Positions 1 to 10,239 are shown, counted from the stretch's first letter. The stretch is 64,000 nucleotides of DNA from Oscillospiraceae bacterium (GCA_015064485.1 SVSD01000001.1:216989-280988), one strand, 5' to 3'. Notes: generated from the letters alone by a model not told the origin. Translations and numbers: made by a program.

Positions 1-519
1 TGCAAACCAGTAAACGCTCTTTGCTGTTGCAAGAAGATAGATTTTGTATGAGGAAACAACCACATATGATATAAGCATTATGACAGACGAGTATTTTGAC
101 AATAATTTGTACTGAAACCAATACTGGATCATTTCTGTTGCGGCAAACAGTATAGAAATGCTGTAAAGAGCACACACAATTATTGTTTCACGCTCACCCA
201 TATTTGCCAACCACGCAAAAAGGGTTACTCCTCCGATACATCCGATTGCTGAAATCACATTAAGAAGCAAGGATGTACCCATTATTTCGCCTTCACGGTC
301 AGGCGATTCCACCAGCTCGTGAACAAGTATGGCATCAAGTCCCAATTTCATTATGGGTAATGCAAAAGCAACTATTGATGCCGCATAATTTATAAGACCG
401 TAATTTGACGGCCCGAGATATCTTGCAGATATCATCCCGATTATTAATTGAAGAACAGACTGGGCTATCTTACAAATAATAATCCATTTTGCGTTATTTA
501 TAACCTGTTTATGTTTCAT
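1..519 (-). CDS. wzx: Wzx-type polysaccharide flippase (MOP superfamily), N-terminal part; the rest lies beyond the window start
   Basis: Not in the ORF track because it runs off the edge. My own minus-strand translation from the ATG at 517-519 gives MKHKQVINNAKWIIICKIAQSVLQLIIGMISARYLGPSNYGLINYAASIVAFALPIMKLGLDAILVHELV..., open to position 1. It is hydrophobic and has an RYLGPxxYGLxNY-type N-terminus typical of O-unit flippases. It sits at the distal end of the EPS locus. Confidence 0.7.
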   Translation of the reverse strand, partial: MKHKQVINNAKWIIICKIAQSVLQLIIGMISARYLGPSNYGLINYAASIVAFALPIMKLGLDAILVHELVESPDREGEIMGTSLLLNVISAIGCIGGVTLFAWLANMGERETIIVCALYSISILFAATEMIQYWFQYKLLSKYSSVIMLISYVVVSSYKIYLLATAKSVYWFA

Positions 520-530
520 AATAATCAATT

Positions 531-562
531 TCTCCCAACCGACATTTGTGTCGGTTGGGAGA
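531..562 (-). terminator. Strong hairpin between the giant surface-protein gene and wzx (attenuator or terminator)
   Basis: Perfect 14-bp stem tctcccaaccgaca / tgtcggttgggaga with a 4-nt loop, 12 nt after the stop at 575. The U-tract on the minus strand is weak, so it may act as a partial terminator or mRNA stabiliser. Confidence 0.5.
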
Positions 563-574
563 ATAAACACCTAT

Positions 575-3500
575 TTATCCGACAATCTTTCCGGTTTCGT
601 CAAATGTGTAGGTCATCTTGATGGTGTATCCGCTACCTTCAAAGACATAGAATTTCTGGTTGGTAACTACTTTACCGCTCCAGTTTACGAAGTAATAATC
701 TCCGTCAACTTCAATTATGCCGGGAGCAGGAGTAGAACCGTTCTTGTAATAATACTTGATTCCGTCGATGGTAACAAAGCCGTTGAGCATCTTACCTTCA
801 GCATCAAATGTGTAATTGCCCTTGGGCAAATCACAGAAGCTTGTGGAAACATAATATCTGCCGTCTGTCTTTATTACGCCGCCCCAAGTAGCATAGTAGT
901 AATCACCGTCGATTTCATACAAGCCGTTGGTAACAGTTGTACCGTTGTCGTAGAGATACAATGTGCCGTCTACATCTGCAACGCCGTCAAGCATTGCACC
1001 GTCTTCACCGAATGTGTAGTTACCCACAGGAAGATCACAGTATGTACGGGATACATAGTATCTGCCGTCTGTCTTGAGCACACCGCCCCAGTAGGAGTAG
1101 TAATACTTGCCGTCTACTTCAAACAAACCGCAGGTTTCTGTTGTACCGTTGTCGTAGAGATACAATGTGCCGTCTACATCAACAACGCCGTCAAGCATCA
1201 CACCGTCTTCGTCGAATGTGTAGTTACCCACAGGAAGATCGCAGTATGTACGGGATACATAGTATCTGCCGTCTGTCTTGAGCACACCGCCCCAGTAGGA
1301 GTAGTAATACTTGCCGTCTACTTCAAACAAACCGCAGGTTTCTGTTGTACCGTTGTCGTAAAGATACAATGTGCCGTCTACATCAACAACGCCGTCAAGC
1401 ATTGCACCGTCTTCACCGAATGTGTAGTTGCCGACAGGAAGATCACAGTATGTACGGGATACATAGTATCTGCCGTCTGTCTTGAGCACACCGCCCCAGT
1501 AGGAGTAGTAATACTTACCGTCTACTTCAAACAAACCGCAGGTTGCTGTAACGCCGTTCTGATAGAGGTACAATTCGCCGTCTTTTTCTACAACGCCGTT
1601 GAGCATCTTACCGTCTTCACCGAATGTATAATTGCCGGCAGGCAAATCGCAGTAGGTTGTTCCTACATAGTATCTGCCGTTAGTTCTGAAGTCGCCGTTT
1701 GAAGAAGCAAAATAGTAGTCGCCGTTTATATTATACAAACCGTAAGTCGCAAGTTTTCCGTTTGCGTAAAGATACTTGGCACCGTCTTTTTCCACAATGC
1801 CGTTAAGCATCTTACCGTCAGCGCCGAATTCGTATGTGCCGACAGGAAGATCGCAATATGTGCGGCTTACATAATACTTGCCGTCTGTCTTGATAATACC
1901 GCCCCAGTAGGAGTAGTAATAATCGCCGTCAATGTTGAACAATCCGCAAGTTGCTGTTCTGCCGTCTTCGTAATAATACAAAACGCCGTCTTTTTCATAC
2001 AAACCTGTATATGCAGCATAATCGTCAAGGAAGAGTCGGCTTGCGTAAGTGCCGTTTGTCTTTGCATAACCCTTGGAATCGAAGTAGTATGACTTTCCGT
2101 CGATTGTCTGAAGTCCTGCAAGACCTTCGCCGTCTTTTGCGTATGCGTAGCCGTTACGGTCTGTATAGAAACCGTCTTCGGGTTTTACAGTCTTGTCGCA
2201 TGAACCGTCCTCGTTGAAATAGTACCAGTTTCTGTTCTTCTGGTTTTCAAATACGAGCTGCCATCCGCCTTCAAGACGAACACCCTTTTCGAAATAATAG
2301 TCCTTGCCGTCGATATTTCTCCAGCTTCCTCTGTCGTTATAGAAGGTCGGACCATAGTAGTAACGCATACCAAACAAAGTCTTTGCCCATACGCCGGAAG
2401 TGAGTTTTGCATCTTCGAATTCGTATGTTATTACACCGATTTCAACATCGCCTTCAGCACCGATCTTTGTTTCGGGATCGAAATAGTACCAGTCTGTACC
2501 GATCATCTGCCAGCCGGAAGCCGCAACACCGTTGATGTAATAGTACCAGTTGCCGTTTTCTTCTACAAGACCTGTAACCTTGTTTTCAGCTCCGCATTCG
2601 CATTTGCCGTCAACGAAGTTATGACCTGTAGCTTCAACTACTGTACCCCAATCAACAACAGACTTACAAGTTTCGCAGTATGTGCGTCCTTCGTAGCCGT
2701 CAACTACGCAGGAAGCGTCCTTGCTGAGTACAGTAAGTTCTTCGTCGTGATAGTGCCAGGGGTAAACATTATCATTAAGTTTTGTTGCAACAGAAATGCT
2801 GCCGCCAAAAGGAATATCATCATTAACAAGGCCCTTGAGAACCTTGGATTCAATCTTGATAACAGGGCAATAACCTGTCTTGAACTGTGCTTCGGGAGTG
2901 ATAGGTGTATCTGTTACATGGTTTACACCGTTCCAAGACCAGAGGCGAACAGGAACGCTTGCGATGATAGTATCGTCAGCATTAACCTTTTCGCCGTTGC
3001 GGGAAATGTTGAGTGTAACGATCTTTTCGATCTCATCGTGTGTGTAAGAAACCTTAAAGCCATCAGCAACTGCTATTCCTTCGGGTTCCCATGTGTTACC
3101 TGTCTGGAGACCGAGTTTTACTTCCATCTTATCAACTGCGGTAATATCTGCAGCCTTGATGTCAACATAGTAAACAGAGTCGTATTCGGGAGCAGGAGCA
3201 CCTACCGCATTTGCATCATCACCGGGCTTGAAACCGCCGTCGTTATGACCGTCAAGAACAAACTGTGCATCACCTGTGATTGTGAATGTTCTTGTAACCT
3301 TTGCGGGGTTGCCGAGAGAGTCTTTGATTTCAAATGCTACTTTATGAGCACCTGCAGGAAGAACAACATTTTCAGTAGTTGTAAGATACTTACCGGATAC
3401 TGTAACATTTTTAAGTTCATTACCGTCAACAAAGATCTTTCCTGTAGCGTTGTCAAGCTTGATGTTGTCAGCAACTACTGCGGAGAAAGAAATACTGTTG

Positions 3501-5710
3501 CCGTTGATAGCAGCGCCGTTTGCAAGTGCTACAGATTCATCCTGAGTTGTATAGCTTACTTCTGTGATTGTAGGAAGTACTCTGTCGTCAACAGCAGAGC
3601 TGTAATCGAGAGTGAAATCGTCAAAGTAGAATGTCAATGTAGCCGCAGTTGTAGGCTTAATATAATAACGGATGAAAGAAGGTTCGCGTCCGTTTGTTCC
3701 GAAGGGAGCGTATGTCGCGAAGAAATCTCCGAACTGTGTAAGGTCGCATGTTGCATAAACCCAACGGGATTCGGGGATATCCGCTTCTGTACAGGAGTTA
3801 AGGTTCTTGACAGCACCGCTTACTGTAGTAAACAAGAAGTGTCCGCCTGTTCCGCCTGTTCCGTCAGCGTTCTTATAACCCTGGATCTGCATAGCAAGAC
3901 CTGCTGCACCTTCGGGGATGTATACCCACATACCAAGAGTTGTTGCGTTCTTACCGTTGGCAACATCGCGGAGAACGATTGAATCGCCTGTGTAGAAGAA
4001 CATATTGTAAGACCAGCTTGCAAATTCACCTGCAGTATAGTCTAATGTTACACCAAGGGAATGTTTGCCGTTCTTAACGATTTCGGAAGAAAGGAATGTT
4101 TCGGAGTCGGTATCGTCAGAATAGTTACCGTTTGACTGAATAGGCGGAGTAATACCTTCTTCTTCAGCCCAGTCATACATTTCATCCATACCAAGGAAAT
4201 TGGAAATGTCGCCGTCTTCGAAATCAAATACTATTTCAGAACCCTTACCGAAAGTAACTTTAAGTACATCCTTTACAGAAGGATCGGGGATATATGTAGC
4301 TGTTACATCAACACTCTTTATTTCTTCATCGGATGTTGCAACAAGAGTGTTGCCGTTTAATGTTGCAGCAGCTTCATCGGAAAGTGTAAGTTCATAAGCA
4401 CCTTCAACGCATACTGCCCAGTCGTCTGCGCCGTATGTACAGTCAAAATCAACTGTCATGCTCTTGCCGTAAGGAAGAACAGTTTCATCAAGAAGAAGTG
4501 CAAATGTATCGGGGTCAACGATATGAAGAAGCTTTTCGCCTGCGATTTCGCCTTCATAAAGCATCTGAACCTTTACATCGCCCTTTTTGCCGGAAGATAC
4601 AAACACACCGTCGAAAACAGTACCGAATGTTTCATCAGAAACTGCCCATTCAATTCCGCTTTCGGGAAGGGGGGCGGGAGAACCTGCGGCATCAACACCC
4701 TGAACATTCATAACTGCAGATGTGCCGGGTGCATAATAATCATAATCTGTGTTAAGAACAGCATGATCAAATTCGCCTGTAGCCTTTGCTTTGGAAGCAA
4801 GGATAACGCTGTTGATTGTAGCTCTTTCAGAACCGTCGGAAGGAACGGAACGCATTGTGTTTGCAGATTCGCCTTCACGCTTGGAAACAAATGTGGAAGA
4901 TCCGCCGCCGTCGCAGTTTACTGCGTTTACACAGCCGAGTGCGAGCATCATTTCGCCCATTTCGTAGTTGGAAAGACCTGTTGAGAAAGGAGCGTTACGG
5001 CCGTCAACCTGACAGAATACCAAAGTTCCGTCTTCCTTGATACCGATCATAGAACGGGAAGCGTCGGAAGATGTACGCTCTACTGCCTTTGATACGAGTT
5101 CGCCGTCTTTTACAAGCCAACCGAAGTTTGCAGGAATCGCAGTAACTTCACTTCCGTCAAGAGGTGTTGACATCGAGCGGAGTTCGCAATTGCCGTCTTT
5201 GTCGATTGCAAGGTATGTACTTGCACCTTTGTGTACTTCAGGTCCGCCGAGGACTACGCCGTTCCATACCATATAACCGTAGGGAGCGTTAGAATCATAT
5301 GCAAGAGCAGTGTTCATAGCGCCTACTACATTATAACCAAGACCTTCGTAGTAAGCGACAGTTTTGGTAAGCTGTTCCGCTTTCCAATACTGTGTTTTGT
5401 CTGCAACACCGTCAAGATTAAGGTTTTCGGGATCGAGTTTGTCGATGCCGTAATAACCCGGCAAAACTTCGATGTTTTCGTTTTTGGTGTCAACCTCAAA
5501 ATAATGAACAACTTTTCTGTCATTACCGTCGGCATTATTCACCACTAATTCTGTTTCTGTCGCACCGGGAGCTAAGTTGTAGCGATTTTCAGAAATTACT
5601 ACAAAATAATCTCCTGTTACAGACGCATCAAAGTTCGATGCGAAAACAGACATCGGAAGCACTGATACTGTCATAAGTACCGCAAGTGCAATCGCAATAA
5701 ATTTTCTCAT
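575..5710 (-). CDS. Secreted 1711-aa surface protein: N-terminal phosphodiester glycosidase (NAGPA/DUF2233-type) domain, Ig-like/CBM-like middle region, cell-wall-binding-type repeats and a C-terminal array of 66-68-aa repeats
   Basis: Signal peptide MRKFIAIALAVLMTVSVLPMSVFA. NAGPA hallmark SRSMIGIKEDGTLVFCQVDGR...GLSNYEMGEMMLALGCVNAVNCDGGGSSTF. GW/YYF-type repeats (NGNWYYYINGVAASGWQMIGTDWYYF). About eight YCDLPxGNYTFxxDGxMLxG...YY repeats at the C-terminus. The plus-strand ORFs 548..1702 and 2621..3982 are shadows. Confidence 0.85.
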   Translation of the reverse strand: MRKFIAIALAVLMTVSVLPMSVFASNFDASVTGDYFVVISENRYNLAPGATETELVVNNADGNDRKVVHYFEVDTKNENIEVLPGYYGIDKLDPENLNLDGVADKTQYWKAEQLTKTVAYYEGLGYNVVGAMNTALAYDSNAPYGYMVWNGVVLGGPEVHKGASTYLAIDKDGNCELRSMSTPLDGSEVTAIPANFGWLVKDGELVSKAVERTSSDASRSMIGIKEDGTLVFCQVDGRNAPFSTGLSNYEMGEMMLALGCVNAVNCDGGGSSTFVSKREGESANTMRSVPSDGSERATINSVILASKAKATGEFDHAVLNTDYDYYAPGTSAVMNVQGVDAAGSPAPLPESGIEWAVSDETFGTVFDGVFVSSGKKGDVKVQMLYEGEIAGEKLLHIVDPDTFALLLDETVLPYGKSMTVDFDCTYGADDWAVCVEGAYELTLSDEAAATLNGNTLVATSDEEIKSVDVTATYIPDPSVKDVLKVTFGKGSEIVFDFEDGDISNFLGMDEMYDWAEEEGITPPIQSNGNYSDDTDSETFLSSEIVKNGKHSLGVTLDYTAGEFASWSYNMFFYTGDSIVLRDVANGKNATTLGMWVYIPEGAAGLAMQIQGYKNADGTGGTGGHFLFTTVSGAVKNLNSCTEADIPESRWVYATCDLTQFGDFFATYAPFGTNGREPSFIRYYIKPTTAATLTFYFDDFTLDYSSAVDDRVLPTITEVSYTTQDESVALANGAAINGNSISFSAVVADNIKLDNATGKIFVDGNELKNVTVSGKYLTTTENVVLPAGAHKVAFEIKDSLGNPAKVTRTFTITGDAQFVLDGHNDGGFKPGDDANAVGAPAPEYDSVYYVDIKAADITAVDKMEVKLGLQTGNTWEPEGIAVADGFKVSYTHDEIEKIVTLNISRNGEKVNADDTIIASVPVRLWSWNGVNHVTDTPITPEAQFKTGYCPVIKIESKVLKGLVNDDIPFGGSISVATKLNDNVYPWHYHDEELTVLSKDASCVVDGYEGRTYCETCKSVVDWGTVVEATGHNFVDGKCECGAENKVTGLVEENGNWYYYINGVAASGWQMIGTDWYYFDPETKIGAEGDVEIGVITYEFEDAKLTSGVWAKTLFGMRYYYGPTFYNDRGSWRNIDGKDYYFEKGVRLEGGWQLVFENQKNRNWYYFNEDGSCDKTVKPEDGFYTDRNGYAYAKDGEGLAGLQTIDGKSYYFDSKGYAKTNGTYASRLFLDDYAAYTGLYEKDGVLYYYEDGRTATCGLFNIDGDYYYSYWGGIIKTDGKYYVSRTYCDLPVGTYEFGADGKMLNGIVEKDGAKYLYANGKLATYGLYNINGDYYFASSNGDFRTNGRYYVGTTYCDLPAGNYTFGEDGKMLNGVVEKDGELYLYQNGVTATCGLFEVDGKYYYSYWGGVLKTDGRYYVSRTYCDLPVGNYTFGEDGAMLDGVVDVDGTLYLYDNGTTETCGLFEVDGKYYYSYWGGVLKTDGRYYVSRTYCDLPVGNYTFDEDGVMLDGVVDVDGTLYLYDNGTTETCGLFEVDGKYYYSYWGGVLKTDGRYYVSRTYCDLPVGNYTFGEDGAMLDGVADVDGTLYLYDNGTTVTNGLYEIDGDYYYATWGGVIKTDGRYYVSTSFCDLPKGNYTFDAEGKMLNGFVTIDGIKYYYKNGSTPAPGIIEVDGDYYFVNWSGKVVTNQKFYVFEGSGYTIKMTYTFDETGKIVG
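961..1572 (-). repeat. Three near-identical tandem 204-bp (68-codon) units inside the 3' part of the giant gene
   Basis: The landmark atgtgccgtctacatc recurs at 961, 1165 and 1369 (period 204). The protein units YCDLPVGNYTFGEDGAMLDGVVDVDGTLYLYDNGTTETCGLFEVDGKYYYSYWGGVLKTDGRYYVSRT differ by only 1-3 residues. Diverged copies extend over about 580-2150. Confidence 0.9.
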
Positions 5711-5778
5711 TGCAAATTCCTCCTTAATAAAATTTCTTTATATGTCATTCGCCAAAGCGTGCATATACTGATTTGTTT

Positions 5779-6783
5779 TTATGTTTTTTTCTTTTTCAAG
5801 CTTCCTAAGGCTATAGCCAAAAGAGTAGACAGCGCTAAAACAATTACAGGGCCTGTCCATATGAATACATTCTGTATCGCGGGAAATCTTTTTCCGGCAA
5901 CCGAAATGGTTTTATAGAGAATTTCAATTAAAATCGAGTGGGTGATATATATTACAAAGCTATGCTTTCTGCCAAGCCCCGAAAGGGTTGTCAAAAACCT
6001 TCCCTTAAAGCCATTCTCTTTCTCAAGAAACAGGCAAAACAAACAGACAGTAAGAAATGTTGTACTTATCAGATGGTCATTGTAATACAAAACATCCGAG
6101 TTTTTAAGAATCCACAATTCAAGATATGCGGCAAACGAAAATAAGACTATATATCTGCATTTTCCAAAAATACTGCACATCTTCTTTTTGTTGCGGAAAA
6201 TAAAATCTCCCAAAAGGAAATACGGAAGTCCGCAAAAAAGGAAGTTTCGACTGTAACACAACGGTAAAACAGGTGTCGGCAATGCAAAGGAAAATGTACC
6301 GCCAAGCAAATTAAATATTAAAAGCACAGGAATCAACGGATATAATTTATATATTTGCCATTTTTTCTCAAACAAATAAACCAGCAAAAGCACATACAGC
6401 AAGGCGTTGATAAACCATAAAGATGTGCGCCATACCGGTTGATTGAAAACAAACAGCTCAATCAAAGCATCTTGTGCAAATATCTTTGCCACAAGTTGAG
6501 AAACAGATTCTTTATTCAGTACATGTTTTAAAATATAGTATCCGAAATGCACAGCGTTTGCTGTGAGAGCAAGAATTGCTATTTTTCCGAGTTGCCTTTT
6601 TGTGTTTCCTGCGTTTCGGGTCTGAGTGTAAAAGAAACCTGTAATCATAAAGAAAATCGGAACAGCAGTAGTCAAAAAAGGTCTTAAAACAATTTCTGCA
6701 CTATTGGGGATATCCATGTGGATACAAATAACAAAAAAACAGGCAATATATTTAAGAACATCCAATGAAATTATTCTTTTCAT
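5779..6783 (-). CDS. Acyltransferase family 3 membrane protein (polysaccharide O-acyl/acetyltransferase)
   Basis: Polytopic hydrophobic protein with an N-terminus MKRIISLDVLKYIACFFVICIHM typical of acyltransferase_3. It has a 4-nt overlap with the upstream wzy-like gene. Confidence 0.75.
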   Translation of the reverse strand: MKRIISLDVLKYIACFFVICIHMDIPNSAEIVLRPFLTTAVPIFFMITGFFYTQTRNAGNTKRQLGKIAILALTANAVHFGYYILKHVLNKESVSQLVAKIFAQDALIELFVFNQPVWRTSLWFINALLYVLLLVYLFEKKWQIYKLYPLIPVLLIFNLLGGTFSFALPTPVLPLCYSRNFLFCGLPYFLLGDFIFRNKKKMCSIFGKCRYIVLFSFAAYLELWILKNSDVLYYNDHLISTTFLTVCLFCLFLEKENGFKGRFLTTLSGLGRKHSFVIYITHSILIEILYKTISVAGKRFPAIQNVFIWTGPVIVLALSTLLAIALGSLKKKKT

Positions 6784-8072
6784 ATATGTGTACCGATGCT
6801 TTTTTCGCTTTGACTTTCACTTCCGCATATAAACGGAAGTGATAATGCAAAATATGCTATGTAACCTACTTCTTTTCTAAGCGCTGAGTTATAGAATGTA
6901 AGAATCAAACACAAAACCGAAAAAACTATTGCTATCTGACAATACAATTTATTACCGTTTCCTTTATTCAGCCTTCTTATTGACAAAAACATAGCTGTAA
7001 AATAGAAAGATAAATTTAACATCAAACCCAGATATCCGGTTTCAAGGAAAAGGAATGCGCTGGAAAACCAGCTATAATGCAAGTATTCATACTTCTGGAA
7101 AAAGGGAGTATTGCAAATTGCAAAAGCCGATGTATCGCAATTACCCAAACCCATTCCAAACATCCTGTCGGTCCAGTGCGTAAGAATACTTTTTGCAATA
7201 GTAGGTATTGCAGTAAAGCGACCGAGATCTTCACCCGTTGCATAGTTTTCGGATGTTGTCAATTCGATAATTCTCTGGAAAGTAAGTTCCTCGTTTGATC
7301 CAAACAAAAATGTTAGAATAGAGCCTGCAAACGAAATCAATAAAGCGAATGATATGAGTACTACAAACTTTTTCCAGGAAAACTTTGTCATTATCATGGA
7401 AATAAGCACCATTATAACAAATAGCACGAAATAGAATTTCAACTCTGCCATAGCTGCTAAAATCAAAGACAAACCGCATTTTAACAAGCATATTCCGGGC
7501 TTTTCCTGACCTTCAAAATAACGCAGAAGTGATTTTGTTATAATCAATGCGAAAAATACCGAAGTATATGCGTTACATCCGCGCTCTATGCCAAAAATGC
7601 CGCCGAGATAATCCTGTTGACATCCGAGAACAAAGAACTGATATAAAGAAACGGGTATATTTATCCAAAACAGAAGATCGAGAAAATTGAAGGCTAAGTC
7701 TACATCTTCCTCTTCGAGGAAAGATGCAAACGCCATAAATGCGATATAAAACCTCAGATTATTTCTTATTCCCCAAAGAAAATAAAATATCGATTGATAA
7801 TTGAAGAGATATACAAAAGCTACATATAAAAGCCAAAATACAACAAGAACTACCAAAGGAGTAATATTCTTTTTTATGCGGATTTTTTTGCTTACAAACA
7901 AAAAGGTAAGCAAAAGACACCACATTAGGTCGATTGTATATTTTGTAAGACTTGGCAGTTTTAATATGTCCATCAAAAACGAAAGACAAAACGGCATAAT
8001 AAATACACCCAGCGAAAGCCATTGTGGAAATGACCGTTTTTTTATTTGTAATTGTCCGACTGCATAGTTCAT
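6780..8072 (-). CDS. wzy: Wzy / O-antigen-ligase-family polymerase-like polytopic membrane protein
   Basis: 430 aa with many hydrophobic segments and a larger loop near the C-terminal third. It is very AT-rich and sits among glycosyltransferases in a locus that also carries wzx and wzz. Confidence 0.6.
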   Translation of the reverse strand: MNYAVGQLQIKKRSFPQWLSLGVFIMPFCLSFLMDILKLPSLTKYTIDLMWCLLLTFLFVSKKIRIKKNITPLVVLVVFWLLYVAFVYLFNYQSIFYFLWGIRNNLRFYIAFMAFASFLEEEDVDLAFNFLDLLFWINIPVSLYQFFVLGCQQDYLGGIFGIERGCNAYTSVFFALIITKSLLRYFEGQEKPGICLLKCGLSLILAAMAELKFYFVLFVIMVLISMIMTKFSWKKFVVLISFALLISFAGSILTFLFGSNEELTFQRIIELTTSENYATGEDLGRFTAIPTIAKSILTHWTDRMFGMGLGNCDTSAFAICNTPFFQKYEYLHYSWFSSAFLFLETGYLGLMLNLSFYFTAMFLSIRRLNKGNGNKLYCQIAIVFSVLCLILTFYNSALRKEVGYIAYFALSLPFICGSESQSEKSIGTHI

Positions 8073-8111
8073 TTCTTATGATCTCCCATTCCACAATTGC
8101 GGCTTTTCTTT

Positions 8112-9128
8112 TCAATTTCCGTTAAATAAATATTCAATAGCTTTGTCAAAATCGTAATTCAAAACAGAATCTCTGATATTTAAATCCTTCTGCTGTAATA
8201 ATTTTTCTATGTTTTCGTTTATCGTGTTTTCGTTAATTTCATCAATAAAACTTATTCCGTTTATTCCGGCAAACTCAGCCATCTCACCGTAATCGGTGGT
8301 TATTATGGGTTTGTTGCAAGCCGCCGCCTCAAGGCACGATAGCGGAACATCAATACAATGCCCCATCTGCTTGACCGGGAAAAAGTACACATCACACATC
8401 TGGTAAATTTCTTCGATACAGGGAATATATCCTTCCATTATCCTGATGTTTGGATGCTTTAGAAGCCGTTCTCTTAATTCGGGATTTTGCCTTTCCTTTG
8501 AGAGAGTGCTTACTACCAATAAAACCTGATATTTTTTGTCAATTTTTGTTAGCTCTGCCACATTGCGGCCTTCTTTCATATGTCCGACATGAAGGACAAT
8601 GGGGCTTTCGGGATCAAACCCGTATTTTATCTTTAGCTCTCTTGCTTTTTGTGCAGACACCGGCTTAAACTTTTCGGTATCTACCCCTGTCTTAAGATAC
8701 TGCACACGACCGTTCACTATCGGGGAATAGTAGTCGCAGGCTTTCTTTGAAAAAACCACAAGTTCAGCTCCGCTGAACCGCAAAAGTGCCTGTGCCGCAC
8801 GGTTCATAGGATACTGGCGTATCATCATAACCCTCAAGCCCCGGCGGGCAAACAAGGATAACAGGAATATCCTTACAGCCATAGATGTTGTAGGAGCCGG
8901 AAAAGGTATATACAAAACTTTTTGTTTTTTGATAAGAGATATAAGTCTGCGGCTTATATGTAATTTGTTTAAGGAGAGATGTTCGTCCCCTTGAGGAAAT
9001 TCCCTTTCGAAGGAAACTATATAAGTATTTTCGGGGTACTTATTCTTTATTCTCTTTACAAGACTTGAAGCGAGCTTCAGACTTCCCTCGTCCGCCGACT
9101 GCGTCAAGCTGTTTGATAAAATTAACAT
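8112..9128 (-). CDS. GT-B fold glycosyltransferase (GT4-like)
   Basis: The C-terminal half has a ...VLLVVS...GYIP...DVYFFPV...SCLEAAACNKPIITTDYGEMAEF pattern resembling the GT1/GT4 EX7E region. Confidence 0.65.
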   Translation of the reverse strand: MLILSNSLTQSADEGSLKLASSLVKRIKNKYPENTYIVSFEREFPQGDEHLSLNKLHISRRLISLIKKQKVLYIPFPAPTTSMAVRIFLLSLFARRGLRVMMIRQYPMNRAAQALLRFSGAELVVFSKKACDYYSPIVNGRVQYLKTGVDTEKFKPVSAQKARELKIKYGFDPESPIVLHVGHMKEGRNVAELTKIDKKYQVLLVVSTLSKERQNPELRERLLKHPNIRIMEGYIPCIEEIYQMCDVYFFPVKQMGHCIDVPLSCLEAAACNKPIITTDYGEMAEFAGINGISFIDEINENTINENIEKLLQQKDLNIRDSVLNYDFDKAIEYLFNGN

Positions 9129-9159
9129 ACCCTGATACCTACTTTACCGAATTTGATTT

Positions 9160-10239
9160 TTATCTTCCTATACCGATCCACTTTAAAAGTGCTTTTGTTC
9201 CCCGGTTACGCCTTCCCTTTTCACGAAAACGCATAAGAAAATAAACTGCATTTATGTTTTCTTTTCTCATACTTTTCATAAGAAGCCGCATAGACGGAGG
9301 ATATGTTTCTATCGGATAGGAAAACAGTGCGGACTTAACCGTATCATTTCCCAATATTTCTTTTATCTGTCTGTATTTTTCCTTGCGGGGAAGATCAGAC
9401 AAGACTATGTGTCGGATCGCAACACGAATTTTCATAAGAAAGCTGCGCTCAACACGATGTGCCACTTTATCCGCAAGTCCGTAAGACTCGACTCGCCGAC
9501 AAATAACATTATAATAGTTCAGTGTGCGCTCAAATCTTTTTGGATTATACTTTTCTCCGGTTGACTGAAGATTTTGAAAGTAAAAATATCCGTTTTCTTT
9601 GATATAAACAATTTTTGATGATGAGTTGAAAAAATCTACATTAAAATAGAAATCTTCCGCAACTGCATAGCGTTCGCTGATAAACCGAATTTTGTTTTTA
9701 TCGATACAATCCATACTGTACAGATTCATAGAAACGCTTGAGTTTATCAAAACATCCCGATCGTCATATAAATCCGCACCAAGCAAAGGCAACAGCAATT
9801 CCTGTGTGATTATGTCACCTTCGTAAATTCCCTCTTTTAACCGAAGCATACGGACTGTCATATCTCCGTTGGAATTTACTTTTATGTGATTTCCCAAACA
9901 AGCATCAGCGCTGTGTTTTTTTATTGCGTTATATAAATTTTCGATATGCTCCGGACTTATCCAATCATCAGAATCCACAAATGTAACATAAGCGCCTTGT
10001 GCGATATCAAGCCCGTCATTTCTTGCAAGTCCCTGACCTGCATTTTGTTTATGTATTACCTTTATCCGGGAATCCTGTTCTTTTAATTCGTCACACATCA
10101 AAGGACAGTTGTCGGGAGATCCGTCATCAACAAGAATGATCTCTAAATTTTCATAAGTCTGGTGCCGAATACTGTCTACACATCGAATCAGGTATTCTTC
10201 CGCATTATACACCGGGACAATTACGCTTATCAGATCCAT
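9160..10239 (-). CDS. Family 2 glycosyltransferase
   Basis: ISVIVPVYNAEEYLIRCVDSIRHQTYENLEIILVDDGSPDNCP...FVDSDDW. Start trimmed to MDLISV (ATG 10237-10239), which is preceded by AAGGAG. Confidence 0.85.
   Translation of the reverse strand: MDLISVIVPVYNAEEYLIRCVDSIRHQTYENLEIILVDDGSPDNCPLMCDELKEQDSRIKVIHKQNAGQGLARNDGLDIAQGAYVTFVDSDDWISPEHIENLYNAIKKHSADACLGNHIKVNSNGDMTVRMLRLKEGIYEGDIITQELLLPLLGADLYDDRDVLINSSVSMNLYSMDCIDKNKIRFISERYAVAEDFYFNVDFFNSSSKIVYIKENGYFYFQNLQSTGEKYNPKRFERTLNYYNVICRRVESYGLADKVAHRVERSFLMKIRVAIRHIVLSDLPRKEKYRQIKEILGNDTVKSALFSYPIETYPPSMRLLMKSMRKENINAVYFLMRFREKGRRNRGTKALLKWIGIGR

Noticed and set aside
961-1572. The tandem repeats at 961-1572 and at 57603-57690 might have been CRISPR arrays.
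   Set aside because: The units are directly abutting with no unique spacers, they sit in frame inside coding sequences, and the periods (204 bp and 18 bp) do not fit CRISPR architecture.
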